DNA of 63,008 nucleotides, the filler included, from Octopus bimaculoides (lineage: Eukaryota), in assembly GCF_001194135.2 (NCBI RefSeq). It is 5 parts of 5 records of this genome, joined end to end, with 100 filler letters (N's around TTAATTAATTAA, not from the genome) between each part and the next. Parts side by side here need not be neighbours in the genome. Positions count along the whole stretch, not along the records: positions 10,804 to 15,222 come from NC_069007.1; positions 15,323 to 34,814 come from NC_068989.1; 3 more parts are not named here. One strand, given 5' to 3'. Below are positions 12,790 through 22,068 of this stretch, piece by piece. The stretch's first letter is position 1, and every line of letters starts with the position of its first letter. The position numbers and the translations under genes were made by a program. The notes beneath the pieces are model-generated. The model did no database searches. It saw only the letters and a program-made list of their open reading frames with translations, and was not told the origin of the DNA.

Positions 12790-13250
12790 AGATTTCTGCC
12801 GGGGTCTCTTTCTATTCACAAGTTCCCCATATAGCATCTGCTTAAGGAACCTTGCTATCCCTCATTCTAATAAGGTGTCCAGTCCAACGTAACCAGTGCT
12901 TGTGCACCATTGCCTCAATACTCAAGATATCAGCTTTCTTCAGGAACTGTGTGTCTGGAGTTTTTAAGGTCCAGCCAACATTCAGAATGTATCTGAGACA
13001 TCTCTGATGAAACGTTCAAGGACCCTTACATATATATTCTTCGCAAGTGGAGGAAAATGTATTCGATAACGTGATAGAGAATAATGCATCATTTTATCAG
13101 ATCCGGATGTCTACCATATTGCGTCATCTTAGATATCCGGTCGCATCATCAGACAAGCAGTTATTTAGGCAATTGAAGACATTCTAAGAGAATGGATCCC
13201 AGTAAAGGCATACAAGAGCTGCATAGTGGGTTTAAAGTGGGTAACTGAAG
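12790..13250 (-). mobile_element. RTE-clade LINE 3' fragment (intronic)
   Basis: Minus translation FHQRCLRYIL...SIEAMVHKHWLRWTGHLIRMRDSKVP/KQMLYGELV. Confidence 0.75.
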
Positions 13251-13347
13251 AGTTCCAGCATTGATGCCTTGTGTGTAGTAAGAACAAAAATCAAAGGGGA
13301 AGCAGTCAGAAGGTAGTCTTGAAAGTTAAACGCTTGTATGTACTTAC

Positions 13348-13431
13348 CTGTAGTACATTTAGACATGGTTTCTGACAAGAAACACTTTCTTTCGTCGTGT
13401 TTTCGATGGCAAACTACTTCGTGTTTGGAGT
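13348..13431 (-). CDS. Exon A (phase 1 to 1, 84 nt): (D)SKHEVVCHRKHDERKCFLSETMSKCTT
   Basis: Acceptor catctttcttttgtacag| and donor ACAG|GTAAGT. Same length, phase and Cys spacing as exon B. Confidence 0.8.
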
Positions 13432-13580
13432 CTGTACAAAAGAAAGATGTAAAACATGGTAGAAAGATTGATGGACGAACAGTTAGAAGGATANNNNNNN
13501 NNNNNNNNNNNNNNNNNNNNNNNNNNNNNNNNNNNNNNNNNNNNNNNNNNNNNNNNNNNNNNNNNNNNNNNNNNNNNNNT

Positions 13581-13730
13581 ATATATGTTTGGGAGAATTT
13601 ACGAAAAAAAAACAACAAACGAAGACAGGCGGTGTAAACAACAAATGGATGTATTAGTATAACGCTCGGGAATAGAGAAAGTCTTTGACGTTTCGAGCCT
13701 ACGCTCTTCAACAGAAAGGAACTCAGAAAG
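13581..13730 (-). mobile_element. Penelope-like terminal repeat fragment with hammerhead-like motif (13683-13718), abutting (TA)n and a gap
   Basis: Minus strand CTTT-CTGTTGA-A-GAGC-GTAG-GCTC-GAAAC-GTC-AAAG. Second copy at 44161-44330. Confidence 0.6.
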
Positions 13731-13744
13731 AAATATATATATAT

Positions 13745-13960
13745 ATATATTCTTTCACTTGTTTCAGTTATTTGACTATGGCCATGCTGGAACACCGTCG
13801 AACAAATCGACCCCAGGACATATTCTTTGTAAGCATAGTACTTATTCTGTAGGTTTCTTTTGCCGAACCGCTTAGTTAAGGGGACGTAGACACACCAACA
13901 TCAGTTGCCAAGCGATAGAGAGAGGAGAAAACCACACACACACAAATATATACATATATG
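13745..13960 (-). mobile_element. SINE family V, 3' half
   Basis: GACTATGGCCATGCTGGAACACC...GCCGAACCGCTTAGTTAAGGGGACGT matches other family V copies. Confidence 0.75.
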
Positions 13961-13983
13961 AATATACATACCACCAAAGATAG

Positions 13984-14014
<31 letters not shown>

Positions 14015-14278
14015 GATAGATAGATAGATAGATGTATTTTATAGATAAGAGTCAAATATTCTCCGTAGAGAATACACTTCGTAGGGCTCAAAGGTTTAAA
14101 GTTGAGCAGGGAGCAGAGTAAATGTAAGGATAAGCAAGTATAGCAACTTGACTAACTTGTTTTTACCTCACATTTAGTCCTACACACGAGCGCGCGCGCG
14201 TGCGAACACGCACACCTATGTATGTAGGTATCCATAGAGAATGTAGAATAACATTTGGAAAGGAAACCATTTGCTCAC

Positions 14279-14513
14279 CTTTTGGCATGATGCTGACAGA
14301 ATAGGATGGATGGTGACAAGCTGTAGAGTTGAGGTTCTGTTGTCTCTTGGCGAAAAGTGTCAGAGTTACATCGTCGTGTTCTGATTTTGTCATAAGAGAT
14401 AGAGCACCTCGATAGCCATCTTTTGCAGATGTCTTGTAGTCGTATCCATCTTCGGTCTGATACTTGTTATGAAAGGAACCATGCATGATAACCTCGGCAC
14501 AATGGGCTGTCAC
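14279..14513 (-). CDS. Exon D2 (phase 0 to 1, 235 nt): VTAHCAEVIMHGSFHNKYQTEDGYDYKTSAKDGYRGALSLMTKSEHDDVTLTLFAKRQQNLNSTACHHPSYSVSIMPK
   Basis: Acceptor ctttgctgttctgatcag| and donor AAAG|GTGAGC. About 65% aa identity to D1 (51/78, hand count). Confidence 0.8.
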
Positions 14514-14544
14514 CTGATCAGAACAGCAAAGATGTGGATTTAAT

Positions 14545-14680
14545 TATTTCTACACAAGGCACAAGTTCTTGAAAATTTGTGGGGAAGGGAGTAGTCGATT
14601 ATATCGACCCCAGGGCATAACTGGTACTTATTTCATCGACCGCGACCGGATGAACGGCGAAGTCGAACACGGTGGAATTT
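14545..14680 (-). mobile_element. SINE family N fragment, present only in the D2 upstream intron
   Basis: CAAGGCACAAG...GTCGATTATATCGACCCCAG...CTGGTACTTATTTCATCGACC; absent from the paralogous intron at 11360-11390. Confidence 0.75.
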
Positions 14681-14780
14681 GAATAGATGTAAAAATAATG
14701 GTCACTTCGGACATTGGATAGCGATATCATCCCTTCAACATACTGTCTGGCCTTGACAATATCCCTTCTATTATCTTCAA

Positions 14781-15170
14781 AGGCGATCTTTTGGTACGAG
14801 TCCTAAATATCGGCCTTTTCCGTAAAAAGTGTCTTCGGCGATCTTTACCAAAGATCGGCCCTTTCTGTAACACCCGCACGATCTTCACTACGGTGTTAGG
14901 GTTAGGGTTTTAGTGTCAGGGTTAGGGTTTTAGGGTTAGGGTTAGTGTTTAGGGTTAGGGTTAGGGTTACGGTTAGGGACGGAATTCCCTAACGCAAACC
15001 CTAAAACCCAAACCCTAACCGTAAACCTAACCCTAACCCTAACTGTAAACCCTTCAAAATAAATCGCGCTCTCTGGATGTCTTTCGCTGTTATGGCGTCG
15101 TTTCCCTGTTTCTTTCCAACACTTTTTACGGAAAAGGCCGATATTTAGGACTCGTACCGAAAGATCGCCC
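14781..15170. mobile_element. 390-bp MITE with ~52-bp TIRs, 5-bp TSD (TTCAA) and internal inverted (TTAGGG)n/(CCCTAA)n arrays
   Basis: TIR (A/G)GGCGATCTTT(T/C)GGTACGAGTCCTAAATATCGGCCTTTTCCGTAAAAAGTGT at 14781-14832 and 15119-15170. TTCAA at 14776-14780 and 15171-15175. The paralogous intron at ~11468-11478 is the empty site. Confidence 0.88.
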
Positions 15171-15819
15171 TTCAAATTTTATACCCCGACGCTGCTCACT
15201 GACTTTACTGAATTTTCCAATTNNNNNNNNNNNNNNNNNNNNNNNNNNNNNNNNNNNNNNNNNNNNTTAATTAATTAANNNNNNNNNNNNNNNNNNNNNN
15301 NNNNNNNNNNNNNNNNNNNNNNATATATCGCTTGAATTGTTTCGACTTATCTAGTATCGACTTCTCACGAGTGGGATACTCAACAACTGGTTCAGGAGCA
15401 ACCGACGGTGCAGATGTGTCTCTTCGGGTGTTAAATAGATATAACTCATTAAAATAACAGTTCCGCAATGTATCTTCTCGGTTCGTGTAAAGAAAAGCAG
15501 CAAATTAAAGAATAAAGTTTCAATAATAAAATAGCATATGCAAAAAAAGAAACGAACACGCAATACAACGAAAACGATATTAATTATCACCGTTAACGGA
15601 TATGGATTTATAAATACACTCGCGTCGGTTGTAAGGCACATGTACATTCGCTCATACAAGCATCCACGAAGATGTAAGCATACGCACACGTGTGGTTTGG
15701 TGCACATACATTCACATAGTGAATAAATAGCTACTTGATATTTATAAGAATGGGGTGATTAGGGCTAAATTTAATTCATCTATACCTTAAGGTGAATTAT
15801 GTTAACAATTACTCAAATT

Positions 15820-16260
15820 CATTACCTCTGCATTGTGCGAAAATGCATTTATATGCATGTAAGCATCCCGAGAGTCCTTCAGAAAGAAATTCTATTAATG
15901 ATCTTCTCGTTGGTCCATAGAATAGTTAGGGATTCCTCAGAGCAGAATCAGCATCTTCTGGAAATGATATCATATGGTTTTCCGTGCCTTACTATGGACC
16001 AAGTTATGTTACACTTAATTTTATCTTCCCTAAGTCGTCACACAACATCGGCCAAAGATGTTGAATGTCTCTTATTGATTTTCTTGAAGCTGCTGACATG
16101 GTTGCGATAACGATCCTTGAATGAATCAGCCGTTGCTTCAGTGTAAACATATGGCTCTCCCTTAGTGTGCACGGTACGTTTATATACAAGATTTATACTC
16201 ATACAGAGGTTCTTCAATGGACATCTTGATTTTTCTCTGCACGAACATTTATTACATTTA
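15820..16260 (-). mobile_element. Penelope-like element GIY-YIG endonuclease fragment
   Basis: Minus translation CPLKNLCMSINLVYKRTVHTKGEPYVYTEATADSFKDRYRNHVSSFKK...WSIVRHGKPY...RC*FC. Confidence 0.7.
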
Positions 16261-16589
16261 TTTGTATATATGGCAGTTCTGACTTCTTTTTAAATCTTCG
16301 TGGCACGTTACCTTATAGCACTTTACTCCTGTGAATCGGAAAGGGGTTGTAGTTATTTGATAATAAAACGAATGATTTATACCTGGTAGCTTACTGTATA
16401 TATAGTCACTATAAAGTCACTAGCCTCTATCCACAAACACACACACTTACACGTTCTCTCACACACACACACGCACGCGCACCTTCGTTTTGGAATCACT
16501 GTTAGCTTGTACGTGATTTCAATATACTCTTTATGCGTCTACTATTTACACTAGGCACACCATTTACAATTCCTACATACTTATTTCCT

Positions 16590-17340
16590 GCATACTGAGC
16601 ACGGTTATTTGTTGGGCAGTAGCAGAGTTCTGTCTTCTTTTCTACTTAGTTTAACAATAGTCTTGGTTAAATTTATTGTAAGGCCATTCAATGCCAAGTT
16701 TTGCTTTCATAGCTGGAATTTGTTCTGCAACTCTTCTACTGTTTCTGCAGTAAAAATAAGGTCATTAGCATAAAGGAATTCCCATAGACAGCCAGTCTTA
16801 ATTCTTCTGGTTCAGTTTGTAGGGCAATAATAAACAGGAGAAAGCTGAAGACAACCTTGATGGACCTACCTGCTCTTTAAATTTATCGCTGTACTCGTTG
16901 TTAACACTAACCTTGCTGACTGCCTCTTCATATATCGCCTGTACTGTCCACATAGATATTCACGTATCCCTTGCTTCGTCAGAGACCACCAGATGGCACA
17001 GCGCGGGACTCTGTCAAAGGTTTTGTCGGGCCTGCTAAAGCTAGGTATAAAGGCTTACTCTTAGCTAAGTATTTCTCCTGCAATTGTCTTATTAAGAAGA
17101 TGGTATCAGTGGTACCAATTCCAGGTACAAAGCCAAACCGCATTTTATCTTGGTTAATAACTTCCATGACTCGACTCAACAATCTGATGCATCTGTAGTT
17201 TCTCATCTCCAGTTCATCCCTTTTGCCTTTGTAGCAGTTTTCAATAATACGCCTTCAATCATTAGGTATGGCTCTTTTTATTACCTGACTGACGAGATTT
17301 GATTGATTGATGTGTATCCTACTTTGTCGGATATTTTAAG
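16590..17340 (-). mobile_element. RTE-clade LINE reverse transcriptase fragment
   Basis: RFGFVPGIGTTDTIFLIRQLQEKYLAKSKPLYLA, then SKVSVNNEYS and LYANDLI (degenerate YADD). Confidence 0.8.
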
Positions 17341-17894
17341 CAAGTCAACAACTATTTCCGATGGGTCAACTGCTTTCTCTACCTCGGGCTTGAATCATAA
17401 CATCGAACACAAGAGGACCGAATGCGAGAAGGTTGAACGTCAAAACACTGAATTCAAATGATCTAAAAATTAGAATTCAGAAAGATTGAAAGACTGAATA
17501 CTCAGAGTGACGAATTCCGGAATAAATTTGGGGAAATATGAAAATCAGCTTTGAAAGATATTTATTTACAGATGAAAAAAGAAGGTTTTCGTGAAACATA
17601 TTGCAACATATTTGCTTTTTTTTATTAGGCTATGAAAGAATAACTATTTTAGAAGAAAAACGTTAGTTTTAAAATAAAGCATATTTGAAACATATAACAT
17701 CATATTTACTCTTTCTATTATGGTATTTCTGTATGATTATTTTAAAGAAAAGCCAGAGGAAAAATGGTCTTAAAAACATCTATTTACGGTTTTAAAACGA
17801 AAAGAATCAAAGACTCGCAACAAAATGACGATGACGATGATGATGATGGCTTCTTTATTTGGCCTCATGGGCCCAATAATAATAATAATAATGA

Positions 17895-20800
17895 TGGCTT
17901 TTCTTAGTGTACCCACTAAAGATTCACAAAAATATTGCGAACGGTACAGACAATACAGTTTAGGATTATATGAAAGAACGTGCAAAAGGAAGAATAACAG
18001 TAAGAGAGAAACAATAAGATTTAAACAATGAATAATTCTCCAAGGGAGGGTGACCTCCAAGGGATGCTCATGAAAGCCCCACAAAACTACAGTCACCCTG
18101 AAAGTAAGTGCCCTCTCCCTCTTGTCCTCCTTCAATTACAGGCCATGCCCAGAGCAGGTATGTAATGTTTACTAGAACGAGGATTTCTCCAGGACTCGTG
18201 TCTTAGAACACACACTTTAGCTCTGAGAATGCAACCATCACGTTTTACTTTGCATTGAAAATTTGGCCAAGGGCAAATCTTGCCGCAAGAATGTTCGCTG
18301 CGATAATTTTTCTAAGCGCCTTTTATAATATTCTAAGTAGGTTTCCTCATCCATCTTCCTTGCTAAGCCTTATCAACTCTACTTTGATCGCCCTTTCCAG
18401 GATGCGCCAATATTTGTTGTTGACGATTGCTTCCGCCAACGCATACACCGGTCTCTGTATGCTTGGAGCACTAGGAGCGACGCGTTCAGGTTCCCTTAAC
18501 CGGGTCCCTGTCTACAAAGTCTATCTAGGTCGACCACACAGATCATAAATTTGTGTAGTCGTCGATCTTAAATTGTGGATAACCACTGTCATCCTTATGT
18601 ACTGGTCTACAGAATACTTTAGATAGATCTGTATGACCTGATGCAGTTTGTCCATGTCCACAGTGACACATTCGAAGAATCCAGTCAGTGCCTGTGAATC
18701 AACTAGAAACGTTTGAGCAGGTTTGTGAGGCTTTTGCATTACCACCATCAATTGGCTAGCTCTACATGGTCCAAGCGTGCATCCGAGATATCGATCCAAT
18801 CTTCCACAAGCACTAAGGAACAGACGTTGCAAGGAAACACTCCAATCGCTTAAAGAAATCTGGTTACCCGGCCCCCGTTGGGTCTCAGATGGTTACTAGT
18901 TTGAAAGTATGGCCTTCGCTGCTGGTCACGTCGGGGTTCAGGGACATGGTCCTTATTGCGAGATTCAGATCTTTACTAGTCAACACAGCAACACCGCCTC
19001 CCGATCCAGGTTTCAACCGAAAATGGGTGTCAAAACTCATGGATTGGATGTTGTGCCTGTGGTTGTGGTGATAGTGATGGTAGTGATGGAAATGATGATG
19101 GTGGTGCTGGTAGCATTGGGGCTCTTGTTGGTGTTGGAAATGGTGGTGGCATATCGTTGTTGGAACATATGTCTTCCGTTTGAACCTTCTAGCTATTTTT
19201 GTTGCTGTGTTTTTTCATTTATCCTTTTTATTTTTGTTTTTACTTTTTGCCATTTGCTTTCTTTCTCGTTATCTTCAACACATATGTCTGGGAAGCGTCA
19301 TATTTCGGATGAGGGGAAGAGGGATCATAGGGTTGTTGTTTTGTTGCTTGGGGGCTTTCGATTGCTGTTGCTGCATGTGGTCAGATGGGCCTCGAGGTCG
19401 GTATCTCCTTTGTTGTTTCTGCTATTTTCCTTTCCACTATTAGTGTTGTTTCTGTTGTTTTGTTGTTGTTACTGCTGGTACTGCTGCTTTGATGGCTGCT
19501 AGTCTTAGTGCTGTATTTGCTGTCACTGTTGCCCTTGTGGTCGCAGGCTGCTGTTGGTGCTGCTGCTGTTTTTGCTGTTGGTGTTGTTGCAGCCGTGGTG
19601 ATGGTGTCGGCAGAAGTGGAGGTCTTCTTTCTCTCCTCCTTTGCTGTGGACAGGAAAACTTGAAGCAGTTTTTGTTACCTCACAAATGATCCCCTGGGTT
19701 TCTAACCTAAACGGCTGCGCACAGTTGCGAGCCAGCTGACAGAGTGATCAGATCCTGGATATATTCCATACTCGCATGATTCGTTTGAATTACTAGCTCC
19801 ATCCCTTAGCCCAACCAACTTTGTTTCTGCAACCTCTTGACCTGCAAAATATTGGTTTTGTCCTATATGTTGGAGAGAACAGCAATCACCAACCAGTAGA
19901 TGGTTGGTGACGGCCAATGTAGATTGGCATGAGAACTAGTTTGTTACGTTTCAGGATTATTGTGGAGTGTCTCATGGTCTCGTTTTCTGTTCAAAAACTC
20001 TCCTCTACGATGCCGAATTTTCCTTTCAAGTAATGCATGTTTCGGTGTCCCAGATTAATCAGAGGCACTTTTCTGTTTGCTGTTGTGTCACTTGTTCTAT
20101 GATCCGGTCTTTTATTCCTATGCATTTATAGAAGATCATAATGACTTGTAAGGACACTGTATTTCGTTATGAAACCATAATACACTACGAAGTATATTAA
20201 ATGCTTTATAAGTCAATAGTGTGTCCTACTGTGTTAGCAGTGCTGTTAAATCCCTTTGATCGCATTGTTGTTTACATAAGATGTTTTCGGATACGATACA
20301 TCGTAGCAAATCAGTGCTGGCTATAATTTCTATAGAAAATCTGTTGAGATAACCTTAACAAGTTAAAGAAAGATCGTTTTGTGGTTGGTTTCTTGCCGGA
20401 AGAACTCTGGGATATTTAGTGATAAATTTCTCTCTGATCTCGCGAGGAGGATTTTGCATTTTTAAAATCCCGAGTGCATGAAATTAGTTTTTCTTTCAGC
20501 GAACCCATTAACATTGGATTAATTGTCGCTGTGTTTTGATTTTTAAATGTGTTGATTTCAATGATGGTGGGATTTCGGACTTTGCAGGTGTACTGAAGCA
20601 ATAATTCAATTTTTCTGTTTTTATCTTTCTAATTCTCAATACTATTGTTGTTATTGTTGTTTTGGTAGTGACTGTAGTGCTAGTGGTGCTGTTTTCGTTT
20701 AGCCTGAGAAAGGTGAAGTTAAGACTTCTCTTCCAATCTCTAATTTCACAATCCTAGCCTTCTGTCGAAATATTCGGCCCGATGCTTTCTTAAACTTTTT

Positions 20801-20990
20801 GTGTTAACTTCACAAGATTAATTACAAATACCAGTCAGAAGGACAAAATACAACGCAGCTGAGAAGCTCCTCAGAACCTTTAAGAGTTTATGTAACACAC
20901 AAACCAAAAATTTTAAACAGATATTCTTATATATATTCTTAAAATAAAATAATAAGATTTACGAGTGGATCGAAGCGAGGCGTTTCTGAC
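17895..20990 (-). mobile_element. Tx1/L1-clade LINE with ORF1 region, AP endonuclease and 3' end but no RT (internally deleted)
   Basis: APE motifs GSGGGVAVL..FKLVTI*DPTGAG*PDFFKRLE and linker NNKYWRILERAIKVELIRLSK. The 18030-18240 segment aligns with the 3' region of the element at 22230-22450. Ends are approximate. Confidence 0.72.
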
Positions 20991-21019
20991 ATCACAACAA
21001 CAACAACAACAACAATCAT

Positions 21020-21111
21020 TTCTACTAAAGGCACAAGGCCTGAAATTTGGGGGAAGGGAATAGTCGATGTAATCGACCCCAATGTTTCACTGGTACTTAA
21101 TTTATCGAATT
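21020..21111 (-). mobile_element. SINE family N 3' fragment
   Basis: TTTCTACTAAAGGCACAAGGCCTGAAATTTGGGGG...GTCGATGTAATCGACCCC. Confidence 0.75.
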
Positions 21112-21143
21112 ATTATTATTCAATAATAATAATAATAATAATA

Positions 21144-21341
21144 AGTCAAAATTAAAAGAAGAGTGCCATTTGCTATCTTGTGAACAATATTTCGACATCT
21201 TGCGTGTCTTCCACTGGTTCAAAAAATAAATTTGTCAATCTACTTCATTTGGTTAATATAGAAAGGATTGAGGTAACTCCTCCTGAAGATATAGAGTCAA
21301 AATTAAGATAGCAAATGGCACTCTTCTCTTAATTTTGACTC
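21144..21341. repeat. ~200-bp element bounded by ~36-bp inverted repeats
   Basis: AGTCAAAATTAAAAGAAGAGTGCCATTTGCTATCTT (21144-21179) versus its reverse complement ending at 21341. Confidence 0.65.
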
Positions 21342-21614
21342 NNNNNNNNNNNNNNNNNNNNNNNNNNNNNNNNNNNNNNNNNNNNNNNNNNNNNNNNNNN
21401 NNNNNNNNNNNNNNNNNNNNNNNNNNNNNNNNNNNNNNNNNNNNNNNNNNNNNNNNNNNNNNNNNNNNNNNNNNNNNNNNNNNNNNNNNNNNNNNNNNNN
21501 NNNNNNNNNNNNNNNNNNNNNNNNNNNNNNNNNNNNNNNNNNNNNNNNNNNNNNNNNNNNNNNNNNNNNNNNNNNNNNNNNNNNNNNNNNNNNNNNNNNN
21601 NNNNNNNNNNNNNN

Positions 21615-21726
21615 NCATTTTCAATACAGTAACCATAAGAGCATCACAGCAAACCACAGCACATACTCGAGGCACACAGAGCTGCGCTCGGTAGTGAAGT
21701 GAAAGCACGTTACAAAAATAAAACTA

Positions 21727-21792
<66 letters not shown>
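21615..21792 (+). mobile_element. Probable LINE 3' UTR terminating in (TAA)n
   Basis: Unique ~115 nt ending AAAATAAAACTACTG followed by ~20 TAA units; same architecture as the R4/Dong-like 3' ends at 5.8 kb. Confidence 0.45.
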
Positions 21793-21794
<2 letters not shown>

Positions 21795-22005
21795 TGCTTT
21801 ATACTGTAGGCATAAGGCCTGGACTTTTGTGGGGACGGGACAATCGATCACATCAACCCCAGTACTTGACTGGTACTTAATTTATCGACCCCGAAAGGAT
21901 GAAAGGCGAAGTCGATCTCGGCGGAATTTGAACTCAGAAATTAACGACTGGTGAAATACTGCTAAGTATTTCGTCCGGCGTGCTAACAATTCTACCAGCT
22001 TGCTG
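21795..22005 (-). mobile_element. SINE family N
   Basis: GGCATAAGGCCTGG...CTGGTACTTAATTTATCGACCCCGAAAGGATGAAAGGC...GAACTCAG. Confidence 0.8.
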
Positions 22006-22010
22006 CCTCC

Positions 22011-22045
<35 letters not shown>

Positions 22046-22068
22046 CAACAACAACAACAATAATAATG

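Noticed and set aside
14896-15050. Ancient telomere-telomere fusion site
   Set aside because: Enclosed by TIRs and a TSD, and absent from the paralogous empty site.
15367-15476. Possible exon upstream of D2 (DTSAPSVAPEPVVEYPT)
   Set aside because: Weak GAG acceptor, and neither open frame gives the phase 1 to 0 exon required; the true exon may lie in the 15223-15322 gap.
18909-19689. 197-aa hydrophobic plus-strand ORF and neighbours
   Set aside because: Antisense of the low-complexity, A-rich Tx1 ORF1 region.
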